A stretch of DNA of 64,000 nucleotides from Klebsiella pneumoniae. Lineage in GTDB: Bacteria; Pseudomonadota; Gammaproteobacteria; Pseudomonadales; Azotimanducaceae. Positions 1 to 8,999 of this stretch are shown here, in pieces; position 1 is the stretch's first letter; each line of letters begins with the position of its first letter. The translations under genes were made by a program, and so were the position numbers. The notes below the pieces were generated by a model that was not told where the DNA came from, ran no database searches, and was given only the letters and a program-made list of their open reading frames with translations. The stretch is from the NCBI GenBank assembly GCA_945861675.1, contig CAMAVY010000002.1:1-64000 (forward strand), written 5' to 3'.

Positions 1-15
1 CGCCGAAGCGACATA

Positions 16-1170
16 ATGCCGCATTGCCCGCTGAACACCCACGGAGTCCTGTGCATGGCTGGTAAGGCCGCAATCATTGCCAATCCGATGTCCGGCCGCG
101 ACGTGCGTCGGCTGGCTGCTCGTGCGACCAACATGACGCACGAAGCCAAGCGCGATCTGGTGGCGCGGGTGGCGGCCGGTCTCGACGCCATGGGCGTGGA
201 CGAGATCATGATCTTGAAGGAGCCGTTCCGGGTCTCGAGCGGTGCGCTGGAGATGATGCCGCTGCGCGCGCGTGTACGACTGTTGGATGTCGGCGTTACG
301 AACTCGGCGGCCGACACCGTCGCTGCAGTGCGCGCAGCGCGCGCTGCGGGCTGCGACGTGATCATTTCGTTGGGCGGCGACGGCACCAACCGGATCATTG
401 CCCGCACCTGGCCGGACGTACCGCTGGTGCCGTTGTCAACGGGCACCAACAACGTGTTTCCAATATTGATCGAGGCCACGAGCGCAGGCGTGGCTGCGGG
501 CCTCATCGCCAACGGATCCATGCCTGCCGGTGATGTTGCGACGCGGTGCAAACTTGTGCACGTGCGCACGGCGAGTTGGCACGACATCGGCGTGATTGAT
601 GCGGTGTTGCTGCGACGCGATCACGTTGGCAACTTTCTGCCGTTCGACGCTGATCGCATTGCCGCGTTGGTGTTGACGCGCGCCGAGCCCGCAGCGGTAG
701 GCATGTCGCCCATCGGTGGTTATGTGGACCCGGTGAGCTTTGCGGATGAGTGGGGTCTGGCGTTGCGCTGCGGGCGAGCTGCAGACGCCCCCGCAGGAGT
801 TACACATGACGCCGCAGGCGCTACACATGACGCCGCAGGCGCTACACACGAAGCCGCAGGCGCTACACACGGTGCGTTTGAACCTGGTCAGTCGACTGCC
901 CGCGACCTGTATGTGCCTATCTCGCCCGGATTGTTTCGTGCAGTGCACGTTGCAAGCCATGCACGATTGCCGTTTGGCGCTCCGTTCGTGTTCGAAGGTC
1001 CGGGTGTTGTGGCTTTCGATGGCGATCGCGAACACAAGCTCGCCGATGGCGAACAAGCAATTGTCAGCGTGCAGCGCGATGGTCCGCCCGTTGTCGACGT
1101 AGCACGCTGCATTCAGTTGGCAGCAGCACGCGGCATTCTTTCCGCCGGCGCGTGGTTGCCGTCGGAGTAG
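16..1170 (+). CDS. ATP-NAD kinase / diacylglycerol-kinase-like catalytic-domain protein (COG3199-type). Carries an in-frame 21-bp tandem repeat at ~791-872.
   Basis: GGDGT motif (ISLGGDGTNRI) and a glycine-rich N-terminal region. Length ~380 aa. Alternative ATG at 55. AAGATH(D/E) x3.5 repeat inside the protein. Confidence 0.6.
   Translation: MPHCPLNTHGVLCMAGKAAIIANPMSGRDVRRLAARATNMTHEAKRDLVARVAAGLDAMGVDEIMILKEPFRVSSGALEMMPLRARVRLLDVGVTNSAADTVAAVRAARAAGCDVIISLGGDGTNRIIARTWPDVPLVPLSTGTNNVFPILIEATSAGVAAGLIANGSMPAGDVATRCKLVHVRTASWHDIGVIDAVLLRRDHVGNFLPFDADRIAALVLTRAEPAAVGMSPIGGYVDPVSFADEWGLALRCGRAADAPAGVTHDAAGATHDAAGATHEAAGATHGAFEPGQSTARDLYVPISPGLFRAVHVASHARLPFGAPFVFEGPGVVAFDGDREHKLADGEQAIVSVQRDGPPVVDVARCIQLAAARGILSAGAWLPSE
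791..872 (+). repeat. In-frame 21-bp tandem repeat (GCCGCAGGCGCTACACA(T/C)GAC x ~3.5) inside the NAD-kinase-like gene
   Basis: Encodes AGVTHDAAGATHDAAGATHEAAGATHGA. A related 15-mer recurs in the repeat of the unrelated gene at 31850-31905. Confidence 0.8.
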
Positions 1171-1234
1171 ATGATCACTCGCGCCTTGACGCGCGACCAA
1201 CCCAAAAGAACGAGAACGTCCCAGGAGACTCTGC

Positions 1235-2407
1235 ATGATCATCAAGCCACGTATCCGTGGGTTCATCTGCACGACCGCGCATCCGCTGGGCTGTGCAGCG
1301 CTCATCGATGAACAGATCCAGTACACCGAGCGTCAAGGCAAATTGTCTTCCGGGCCGCGCAACGTACTGGTGATCGGCGGATCGGGCGGCTACGGTCTGG
1401 CTTCGCGCATCGTTGCGGGGTTTGCGGGCGGCGCGAAAACACTGTGTCTTTCCTTCGAGAAAGAGCCGGATGCAGAGCGCACTGCAAGTGCAGGTTGGTA
1501 CAACAATCTTGCGTTTGATCGCATTGCGGCGACGCGTGGTATGTATGCACGTTCGCTGAACGCTGACGCATTCGCGGACGCCACAAAGGCACAGGTCGCG
1601 GACATCGTGCGCGAGGATCTCGGCAAGATCGATCTGCTTGTCTACAGCCTGGCGTCGCCCGTGCGCATGGATCCAGACACCGGCGTGCTGCATCGCAGTG
1701 TGATCAAGCCGGTCGGCCGGAACGTGGTGTCCAAGACGGTCAATGTCGACAAGGGCGTTGTGAGTGAGGTCGATCTTGCGCCGGCGACACCGGAAGAAAT
1801 CCAGGCCACCATCAAAGTGATGGGCGGTGAGGATTGGCAACGTTGGATTGCGCATCTGCAAGCGGCGGGATTGTTGAGTGAGGGCTTCAAGACCGTTGCT
1901 TACACCTACATCGGCAGCGATCTGACATGGCCGATCTACTGGGAGGCAACGCTGGGCAAGGCGAAGGAGGATCTTGATCGTGCGGCCGGGGAGATTCGTC
2001 AGGCGATTGAAGCACTTTCAGGTGATGCGCGGGTTGCGGTACTCAAAGCCGTGGTGACGCAGGCAAGCTCGGCGATTCCGGTCGTGCCGCTGTATGCCTC
2101 GATCGTGTTCAAGGTCATGAAGCAAATGGCCTTGCACGAGGAGATCATTCAGCACATCGATCGCATGTTCCGAACGCAGCTCTATGGCGGGACGCCGCTG
2201 CTGGACGAGGTCGGCCGATTGCGTCTGGACAACTGGGAGTTGCGTGAAGACGTGCAGGCCGAAGTGCGCAGGCGTTGGGCCGCCATCACCACGGACAACG
2301 TGATGGTGCTGTCCGACCTCGAAGGCTTCCGTCGCGATTTCCTGAAGATCTTCGGCTTCGAAGCGAACGGCGTGGACTACGACGCTGATGTATCGCCGCT
2401 TGGTTGA
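1235..2407 (+). CDS. fabV: trans-2-enoyl-CoA/ACP reductase (NADH) FabV
   Basis: N-terminus MIIKPRIRGFICTTAHPLGC and full-length FabV-like sequence (~390 aa). AGGAGA RBS 6 nt upstream of the ATG. Confidence 0.9.
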   Translation: MIIKPRIRGFICTTAHPLGCAALIDEQIQYTERQGKLSSGPRNVLVIGGSGGYGLASRIVAGFAGGAKTLCLSFEKEPDAERTASAGWYNNLAFDRIAATRGMYARSLNADAFADATKAQVADIVREDLGKIDLLVYSLASPVRMDPDTGVLHRSVIKPVGRNVVSKTVNVDKGVVSEVDLAPATPEEIQATIKVMGGEDWQRWIAHLQAAGLLSEGFKTVAYTYIGSDLTWPIYWEATLGKAKEDLDRAAGEIRQAIEALSGDARVAVLKAVVTQASSAIPVVPLYASIVFKVMKQMALHEEIIQHIDRMFRTQLYGGTPLLDEVGRLRLDNWELREDVQAEVRRRWAAITTDNVMVLSDLEGFRRDFLKIFGFEANGVDYDADVSPLG

Positions 2408-2467
2408 GCGCGTCCTGGTTGACGGCGTTGCGCTGAGGCCGACGGCGTGCGGGCTGGCGTGTGCGCG

Positions 2468-3703
2468 CTACATCCAGACCCCGGGCGCGTCGCTGCGATA
2501 GCCGAGCATGCGATAGGCCTCGTCGACGAGCGCCTGCCCGCGCGGATTCAGCAGAATGCCTGCGCCCATCCGATTCATGGTGTAGCCAAACGAGAGTTCA
2601 CACTCCGGATCGGCAAAGCCGATACTGCCGCCCGCACCCACATGACCGAATGCCCGCTCGCCGAGAATGACGCTGTCCATCTCGGGCATGCCGAGATGGC
2701 GGTTGTCCATCGACTTCATGAAGCCGAGTCCGAAGCGCGTGCCGATCAGCAAGGTCGCGTCGCGCGGTGTTGCAACGGAAACCTGGCTCATGCGCGCAAT
2801 GGTTTGCGGGTCGATGAAGCTTGCGTCCTTGTTGCGGCCGCGATTGGCCAGCGGCCGGTACATGCCCTCCAGGCCACGCGCATGCGTGATGCCGCCGCCT
2901 GCGCCGAGCTCTGCGGCATGGGCGGCGCGTGAATCGGCGGTGTGTCCGCCGGAGTTCATGAAGGCGCGCGCCTGCAGCGACTTGGGGTCGGCAAGCAGCA
3001 TGCGTGTGAACTCGGTGGTGGGTTCGCCGCGCTTCGGACGCCAGGCGACCATGCGCGCAGTGCGGTGCTCATGCTCCTCTGGCAGGCCGATCCAGAAATC
3101 GATACCCAGCGGCCCGGCAATCTCGTCCTGGAAGAACTGCCCCAACGACTTACCTGAAGCGCGACGCACCAGCTCGCCGACCGTCCAGCCGAAGGTCATC
3201 ATGTGGTAGCCGTTGCGCGTGCCGGGCTCCCAGAAAGGCGCTTCCGCGCCCAGCCGTTCAACCATGTAATCCCAGTCGTAGTAGCCGCCGGGTTTGACGG
3301 TTTCGCGGAGCGCGGGTACGCCGGCCGTGTGGTTCAACATCATGGCCACCGTGACGTGCTCTTTGCCATTGCGCGCGAACTCGGGCCAGTAACGACTGAC
3401 CGGTGCATGCAGTTCGAGTGCGCCGCGCTCAATAAGAAGGTTCGCGCAGAGGGCGGTTGCGGCTTTCGTGCAGGAGAACACGACGGACATCGTGTCCGAC
3501 GCCCACGGTCGTGTTCGGTCGGCGTCGGCATGGCCGCCCCAGACATCCAATACCACCTGGCGACCGACCGATACGCACAGCGAGGCGCCCAGTTCGTTGC
3601 GGCTGCGGAAGTTCTCGATGAATGCATCCAACAGGGGTGAAAAGGCGCGATCGAGTTCGCCTTGGATGTTGATGCCATCGACATTGGTTGAAAACGCGCG
3701 CAT
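2468..3703 (-). CDS. serine hydrolase of the class C beta-lactamase / family VIII esterase family
   Basis: S-x-x-K motif (SCTK) near the N-terminus and beta-lactamase-like fold signatures. The track start at 3778 is TTG. First ATG at ~3703 gives MRAFSTNV. No signal peptide seen. Confidence 0.7.
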   Translation of the reverse strand: MRAFSTNVDGINIQGELDRAFSPLLDAFIENFRSRNELGASLCVSVGRQVVLDVWGGHADADRTRPWASDTMSVVFSCTKAATALCANLLIERGALELHAPVSRYWPEFARNGKEHVTVAMMLNHTAGVPALRETVKPGGYYDWDYMVERLGAEAPFWEPGTRNGYHMMTFGWTVGELVRRASGKSLGQFFQDEIAGPLGIDFWIGLPEEHEHRTARMVAWRPKRGEPTTEFTRMLLADPKSLQARAFMNSGGHTADSRAAHAAELGAGGGITHARGLEGMYRPLANRGRNKDASFIDPQTIARMSQVSVATPRDATLLIGTRFGLGFMKSMDNRHLGMPEMDSVILGERAFGHVGAGGSIGFADPECELSFGYTMNRMGAGILLNPRGQALVDEAYRMLGYRSDAPGVWM

Positions 3704-3896
3704 TGGGAGTGTCCGGTGACGAGGTTCTGAGTCTGCCCGAGCGGGCAGCCTGCGCCAATCGTGTGCTTGGCAGGGCAATTGTCCGCCCTCAGCGGTCGTC
3801 GAATGCCTACGCGAAGTCGCGCAGCGAGCGCGTTCCTGGTTTCTGTGTGCTGCTGCAGTGTCGTGCTTCTGTTTTCTTTCGCGAAGGACGTAGCCG

Positions 3897-5291
3897 ATGC
3901 ATGGGGTGCTGCCGCTGGAACGACCAATGTCGCGCGCATCGGAGCAGGTGCGAATTCCGCGTGTGTTTGCCTATTGGTCGATGGCGTTGCTGTGTTGCGG
4001 TGCGGTTGTGGAAGGGCATTCGCAATTGTTGGCTTCGATTGCGGTGGTTTATCTCGTCGGTTCGCCGGCGCTCTGGCATGCCTTCGCCACACGGGCGTCG
4101 TCGGGCACCGGTGTGTGTCTTGTCGAGCGGCGGCGCGGCCGGACGGCGCCTTCACCTGACGTGGCGATGACCTGCACGGAGGCGATCATGAGCAGCGCCT
4201 TTTCGGTCTTCGCGTTACCGCTGTCGCTTGCGATCGCTGCGCTGGCAGGGCTGATTCTCGTGCGCGTTGCGACGCAAGGTCGGTCGCAAGGTGCGGCGTT
4301 TCTGCTGGCCTTGGGCGCGGGCGCATTGATTGGCGTGCTCGCCGCACGCAGCTACTCAGGCGCGGCGTGGCCTTCCGTGATGTCCGTCGGGCAGCTGGCG
4401 GCGGTGGCGTTGTGGCTGTTCATGCTTGCGCTTGCGATTGCGTGGGTCGGGAACAATACGCGGCAGGGACTGCGCGTGGCGCATGCGCGGGCCAGCGGCA
4501 TCTCCGCTGACATCGCGTGCCTGGCGCAGCGTCTAGGGCGCTACCTCCCGCCGACCGTGCGGCAAACATTGATGGACAGGGTGCTGCACGATGCGGAGGT
4601 CAGCACCGGCATGTCGGACATCGATCGTCTGCTGGACGTCTCCGCGACGCGACATGTCTCGCAGCGGCGTTGGTTGACGGTGTGTTTCTCGGACATTGTT
4701 GGCTTCACGGCAATGACGGAGCGGCTGGAACCGGAGGAAGTGTCCGTCTTGCTCGATGCCTACCAGCGCGAAGTGTCGACGGCGGTTGCAGTGCACGGTG
4801 GCACGCTGGACAAATTCCTTGGCGATGGCGCGATGGTCATCTTCGGCGACGGGGAACATTCGGATCGGCATGCAGATGCAGCCGCAGGCGTGCGCATGGC
4901 AATCGCGCTGCAGGCGGCGATGTCGGGCCTGAATGCCCGACTCTCGGCGATGGGCATTCGCGTCGGGATGCAGCTGCGAATCGGCGTCGCATCGGGCATC
5001 TGCACGGTGGGTGATTTCGGTAGCGATGATCGATTGCACTACACGGCGCTGGGTCGAGCGGTGAATCTCGCCAGCCGGCTTGAGAGTGCAGCAGGGCCGG
5101 GTGAGATTCTGCTCGCTGAGTCCGCCGCTGATCTTGTCGCGGGTGAGTTGGCTTGCGATCGCGCGGGTGAGCTGCAGGTAAAAGGAATCACCTGGCCGGT
5201 CGCCGTATACACGCCGCGCCGGCGTCGAGCTCTGGAGAGCGACTCGCCGTTCTCAGGGGATTGGCCCGCATTGGCCGTCGTGCCCCAATGA
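3897..5291 (+). CDS. membrane-anchored class III adenylate/guanylate cyclase
   Basis: Several N-terminal hydrophobic helices. C-terminal cyclase homology domain (FSDIVGFTAMTE...LDKFLGDGAMVIFG...LRIGVASGICTVGDFGS...ALGRAVNLASRLESAA). Start uncertain, alternatives at ~4165 and ~4189. Confidence 0.7.
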   Translation: MHGVLPLERPMSRASEQVRIPRVFAYWSMALLCCGAVVEGHSQLLASIAVVYLVGSPALWHAFATRASSGTGVCLVERRRGRTAPSPDVAMTCTEAIMSSAFSVFALPLSLAIAALAGLILVRVATQGRSQGAAFLLALGAGALIGVLAARSYSGAAWPSVMSVGQLAAVALWLFMLALAIAWVGNNTRQGLRVAHARASGISADIACLAQRLGRYLPPTVRQTLMDRVLHDAEVSTGMSDIDRLLDVSATRHVSQRRWLTVCFSDIVGFTAMTERLEPEEVSVLLDAYQREVSTAVAVHGGTLDKFLGDGAMVIFGDGEHSDRHADAAAGVRMAIALQAAMSGLNARLSAMGIRVGMQLRIGVASGICTVGDFGSDDRLHYTALGRAVNLASRLESAAGPGEILLAESAADLVAGELACDRAGELQVKGITWPVAVYTPRRRRALESDSPFSGDWPALAVVPQ

Positions 5292-5465
5292 AAGGTGGAA
5301 GGTGACCGCTTGACCCCGCATCTCGAAGCCGGTCGTGAGGTTCTGCCGCTGACGTGCTGTCGCTGGCTCGCTGTGGTTGGCGCGTCGTCGTTGACGTAGG
5401 AGACCGGGGCCCGTTTACTCGCGCGGCGTTGGGCGCGGCCCGACTACAGCTCAGGATAATCTCCG

Positions 5466-6509
5466 GTGACCGACGACCGACTCACACAATCGTTGTTCTT
5501 GAAGGCATGCAGAGGCGAGCGCACGGCGCGGACACCCGTGTGGCTGAATCGGCAGGCCGGGCGGTATATGCCGGAATATCACCGAGTGAAGGGCAATACG
5601 CCGTCACTCGACTTTTTCAAGACGCCGGAGCTGGCCGCGACGGTGACCTGCGATGCGCAGCGCATCCTGGGCGTTGACGCGGCGATCATGTTTGCAGATC
5701 TGCTTCCTGTGCTTGAACCGATGGGCTTGCAGCTGGACTACCTGCCGTCTTTGGGCCCGAAGTTCAGCAATCCTGTGCGAGACGCGGCGGCGGTAGACGC
5801 ATTGCGTGTAGTTCCAGCGAAGGAGGGCACGCCCTACATCGCGGATACGGTGAGGTTGATTCGTCGCGAACTGTCGGCGGACATCCCGCTGATTGGTTTC
5901 GCCGGCGCGCCCTTTACCTTGGCTTCCTATGCAATTGAGGGCCAGGGGTCGAAGGAATATCTGCACATGAAGCGCTTCATGTATGGCGACTCCGGCGCCT
6001 GGGCTGCGCTGATGAACAAACTTGTTCAGCAGGTCGCCGACTACGTGCTGCTGCAGATTGAAGCAGGCGTGCAGGCCGTGCAGATCTTCGACTCCTGGGT
6101 TGGCTGCCTGTCTGTGTCGGACTATCTGGAGTACGCGCAGCCCTATACCCGTGAGCTGTTTCGACTCATTGGTGGACGTGTGCCCGTGATCTACTTCGGG
6201 ACGGGGAACCCGCACCTGGTCGACGACATGTACCGTTGCGGACCTGACGTCATGGCGCTCGACTGGCGTACGCCGTTGGTGCCGACCTGGGAACGCTTAG
6301 GTTGTCGTGCAGTTCAGGGCAATCTCGATCCGATTGTGCTGTGTTCGACCCCGGCGGTCGTGCGACGTCAGGTAGAACGGGTGCTTGGGGAAGTGGATGG
6401 TCGACCGGGACACATCTTCAATCTGGGGCACGGAATCGTGCCGTCGACGCCCGTCGACAACGTGAAGTTGCTGGTGGATTGCGTCCACGAATACCGGGCT
6501 CGCACTTAG
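5466..6509 (+). CDS. hemE: uroporphyrinogen decarboxylase
   Basis: GTG start. TPVWLNRQAGRYMPEY signature and full-length HemE-like sequence. Confidence 0.9.
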   Translation: MTDDRLTQSLFLKACRGERTARTPVWLNRQAGRYMPEYHRVKGNTPSLDFFKTPELAATVTCDAQRILGVDAAIMFADLLPVLEPMGLQLDYLPSLGPKFSNPVRDAAAVDALRVVPAKEGTPYIADTVRLIRRELSADIPLIGFAGAPFTLASYAIEGQGSKEYLHMKRFMYGDSGAWAALMNKLVQQVADYVLLQIEAGVQAVQIFDSWVGCLSVSDYLEYAQPYTRELFRLIGGRVPVIYFGTGNPHLVDDMYRCGPDVMALDWRTPLVPTWERLGCRAVQGNLDPIVLCSTPAVVRRQVERVLGEVDGRPGHIFNLGHGIVPSTPVDNVKLLVDCVHEYRART

Positions 6510-6603
6510 CTTCGGTCTTGCGCGACGCGGGCAAGGCTTTGCTGGCGCTTCCCTCGCCGGGGCGCTGCGGTCAGGTAATCTGCGGCGCCTTTTTCCTGCG
6601 CAC

Positions 6604-6632
6604 AAAAAAACGCCGGGCTTTTGGCCCGGCGT
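6604..6632 (-). terminator. Rho-independent terminator read on the minus strand, downstream of small peptide gene A
   Basis: GC stem CGCCGGGC-TTTT-GGCCCGGCG. Followed by TTTTTTT on the minus strand, A7 on the plus strand. Could also serve hemE weakly. Confidence 0.5.
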
Positions 6633-6688
6633 TGGCCGCATGTTGAGCGACCGTACGGGGAGGACTGTGCATCAGGGCCAGGCCGGGC

Positions 6689-6772
6689 TCAGCTGAGGAA
6701 GGTCAGGATGAGGCCATAAGAAGTAGCGACGGCAATCGTTGCGCTGATGAGAACTGTGGTGAAACGATCCAT
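6689..6772 (-). CDS. 27-aa hydrophobic small membrane peptide, paralog A (MDRFTTVLISATIAVATSYGLILTFLS)
   Basis: ATG start with AAGGTAACA RBS-like sequence. Single predicted TM helix. Two paralogs nearby with ~75% nucleotide identity. Terminator downstream. Divergent from the LysR gene. Confidence 0.55.
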   Translation of the reverse strand: MDRFTTVLISATIAVATSYGLILTFLS

Positions 6773-6800
6773 GACTGTTACCTTTGGTTGCGGTTTATGT

Positions 6801-6815
6801 GTTACGTAAAGTAAC
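6801..6815. promoter_or_regulatory. Inverted repeat GTTAC-N5-GTAAC (GTTACGTAAAGTAAC), putative operator upstream of peptide A in the lysR-peptide intergenic region
   Basis: Palindrome ~35 bp upstream of the peptide A start. Contains a T-N11-A LysR-type motif (TTACGTAAAGTAA). The same arms recur upstream of paralog C. Confidence 0.45.
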
Positions 6816-6939
6816 GCTTGCGGTAGCAGTCGCCAAGTGAGAAGTTTGCGTTTCGGCGTTGCGTGATTGCGTATCGCCACGGAGCAGCACCCTTCCTCGC
6901 AAGGGTCCAAGTGCGGGCGCACCACCTGAGGCACACGAG

Positions 6940-7848
6940 ATGACACGGCTGGATTGGGAAGATCTGAAGGTCTTCGTGGCGCTGGCGCGTGGTGGCTCTA
7001 TGCGGGCGGCCGGCTCCGAGTTGGGTATTCACGCGTCGACCGTGGCGCGCCGTCTCGAACAACTGGAGAAAAGGCTTGGTACCCGTCTCTTCGATCGTGG
7101 TGGTCTTGCGCTTACGTTGACCATGAGTGGGGAGGAGTTGCGCGGCTATGCGGCTCGGGTCGAACAGGAGATCGAAAGCCTGGAGTTGCATCTCTTCGGT
7201 CGTGACGATCGGATGGCGGGGCCACTGAGGCTGAGCTTGCCCGACGTGGTTGCCACGCCGTTCCTGCTCGAAGACGTTGCGCGCTTCGCAGCCCTGTATC
7301 CGGATATCTCCATCGAACTGCTGCCGTCCTACGAGGTTGTGGATCTGGCCAAGCGACAAGCCGACGTGGCCATTCGCGTCACGACAACCCCGCCTGAGCA
7401 TCTTGTAGGCCGAAAGCTCGCCAGCTTTGCGATGAGCGTCTATGCCTCGCCAGCGTATCTTGAGACGCATGACCCCATCGGCGCACCCGGAAAATGTGCC
7501 TGGCTCGGATGGGGTACGGACACCCTGATCGATGAGCGTGCGCTTGCCTGGTTTCCCGGCGTACCGGTGAAGACGTTGGTTCGCAATGTGCCGTTGCAGG
7601 CTTCCGCCGCTCGGGCCGGCCTGGGCATGGCCGTGTTGCCTTGCGGCGTGGGGGATCCAGATAAAGGATTGGTGAGGGTCCCGCCAGCTCAGGCGGTCAA
7701 TGGTGGTGATCTCTGGGTGCTTACGCACCCTGAATTGCGTTCGGCGGCACGCATACGCGCCTTCCTGGAGTGTTGCACTCAGTCGTTCCGAGCAAATCAG
7801 GCGGCGATGATGGGCGGTCTGAACGAGTTCGAGATAGCCCCGGCCTGA
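6940..7848 (+). CDS. LysR-family transcriptional regulator
   Basis: N-terminal HTH (MTRLDWEDLKVFVALARGGSMRAAGSELGIHASTVARRLEQLE). C-terminal LysR substrate-binding domain. Divergent from peptide gene A. Confidence 0.85.
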   Translation: MTRLDWEDLKVFVALARGGSMRAAGSELGIHASTVARRLEQLEKRLGTRLFDRGGLALTLTMSGEELRGYAARVEQEIESLELHLFGRDDRMAGPLRLSLPDVVATPFLLEDVARFAALYPDISIELLPSYEVVDLAKRQADVAIRVTTTPPEHLVGRKLASFAMSVYASPAYLETHDPIGAPGKCAWLGWGTDTLIDERALAWFPGVPVKTLVRNVPLQASAARAGLGMAVLPCGVGDPDKGLVRVPPAQAVNGGDLWVLTHPELRSAARIRAFLECCTQSFRANQAAMMGGLNEFEIAPA

Positions 7849-7885
7849 CCAGCTCGCGTCAGGCCGTCGAGGCCAGCGCTTGAGT

Positions 7886-7969
7886 TCAGGTCAGGAAGGT
7901 CCATGCCGTGAATAGCGAGATCGCGCCAGCCACCGATGCGCCGATGAGTGCGTTGGTAAATCGATCCAA
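7886..7969 (-). CDS. 27-aa hydrophobic small membrane peptide, paralog B ((f)MDRFTNALIGASVAGAISLFTAWTFLT), TTG start
   Basis: AGGAGA RBS 5 nt upstream of TTG. Same length as paralogs A and C, N-terminal xDRFT and C-terminal TFL(S/T) conserved. GTTACG half-site upstream. Confidence 0.45.
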   Translation of the reverse strand: MDRFTNALIGASVAGAISLFTAWTFLT

Positions 7970-8183
7970 GATTTTCTCCTGAGCAGGGCCTGGGTTTGCC
8001 GTGGTTACGTCTGAGCGGGTCACATCTGCGTGGATGCGAGGTCAGCGTAGTTGTCAGGAGGGAGTGTGCTGGTGGGGGATATGAGAAGCGGGTCAAGAAT
8101 GCGGAAAACGGTCGGCGAAGGGCTGCAGATCAAGTTTCGTTGAGCTGCGGCACCTTCGCCGCCGTGTGCGCCGCGCGCACCCT

Positions 8184-8267
8184 TTACGACAGGAAGGTCA
8201 GGAGGGTGGTGAGCGAGATGCCGATGGCAATCGTGGCGCTGATCAGGATGGTGGTGAAGCGATCCAT
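8184..8267 (-). CDS. 27-aa hydrophobic small membrane peptide, paralog C (MDRFTTILISATIAIGISLTTLLTFLS)
   Basis: ATG start, GAGGTAACA RBS. Nucleotide-level similarity to paralog A. Palindrome GTTAC-N5-GTAAC ~30 bp upstream. Confidence 0.55.
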   Translation of the reverse strand: MDRFTTILISATIAIGISLTTLLTFLS

Positions 8268-8294
8268 TTGTGTTACCTCAAGTACGTTGTTGGT

Positions 8295-8309
8295 GTTACT
8301 TAAGGTAAC
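8295..8309. promoter_or_regulatory. Inverted repeat GTTACTTAAGGTAAC, putative operator upstream of peptide C
   Basis: Same GTTAC/GTAAC arms and spacing as the element at 6801-6815, in the equivalent position relative to the start codon. Confidence 0.4.
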
Positions 8310-8599
8310 GGTGTGTAGAAGATTCACCAAGCGCAATTTTCGCGACGCACCATCGCATAAATGCGCACACCTCTTGAGCTGCGCGCGGCGATCTGTTGAT
8401 GGACCGGTTCGCCTGTGTGTCTTCCAGAAACCCTGCCTTGGTCGAGGCGTACACGATCATCGCAATCGTTCCCGGTCGATTCGATGCTGTCTGGGCAGCA
8501 CCGTCGCATCCAGACCACTCGATCGCTTCATGGCGGGCATGACGCGATCTCAATGCACCGATCCCGATATCACCGCCCAAGAGACACTGCGCTCGAGGT

Positions 8600-8960
8600 G
8601 ATATGTCAATGACTGCGTTCACCGCCGCGATGCTCATGCCCGGGCGCAGGCTCTCGCAGACCATGGCGAAGACGCCGAACAGCAGGCCGAACAGGGTGAT
8701 CTACAGCACCGCTTGCCAGAGCTCTGATAGCCGTGCGTCACCCCGAGCAGCAGCGCTTGCAGGATGAGCCCGACAGGAGCGCTGCGCACCAGCGCGCCGA
8801 ACTGTTTCTGCAGATGACCGCTGAACGTAAGTTCCTCGATGAACCCGGCGCTGACGGAGATCCGGATCCAGTTCGGGACAGGGCTTGCAGCTGCCCTGGA
8901 AACTCGTTGGCCGGGAGCCGTCGTACGAGAGCCTGCTCCAACTAAGTGAGTTGCGTCAAA
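8600..8960 (-). pseudogene. Remnant of a CPBP (CAAX protease / Abi bacteriocin-immunity family) intramembrane metalloprotease gene
   Basis: Minus-strand translation gives ...SAGFIEELTFSGHLQKQFGALV...LLLGVTHGYQ (CPBP motif 1 EExxFRG with R>S, and motif 2 FxxxH). Reading frame then breaks. N-terminal part missing at the vapC boundary. Confidence 0.35.
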
Positions 8961-8999
8961 GTGGAGACGCGGGCTCTCATGTACGTCTCGTATTCGCGT

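Noticed and set aside
436-1326. 296-aa minus-strand ORF antisense to the NAD-kinase-like gene; also 740-1102 (+) and 888-1112 (-) ORFs over the repeat
   Set aside because: High-GC antisense/alternate-frame artefacts. Cys/Arg/Ala-rich low-complexity translations. Overlap a gene with clear homology.
6802-7728. 308-aa ORF antisense to the LysR gene
   Set aside because: No recognisable domains, Arg/Gly-rich, entirely within a well-supported LysR CDS on the other strand.
7848-7885. Inverted repeat GGCCTGAC-N8-GTCAGGCC right after the LysR stop, considered as a terminator
   Set aside because: No flanking T/A tract on either strand. Could be a weak structure. Not called.
8296-8664. 122-aa minus-strand ORF (MVCESLRPGMSIAAVNAV...) considered as the C-terminal part of the CPBP remnant or an independent gene
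   Set aside because: Not hydrophobic and lacks CPBP motif 3 (HxxxN/D). No RBS. Ends inside the peptide-C operator palindrome. Treated as part of the degraded region, not a called CDS.
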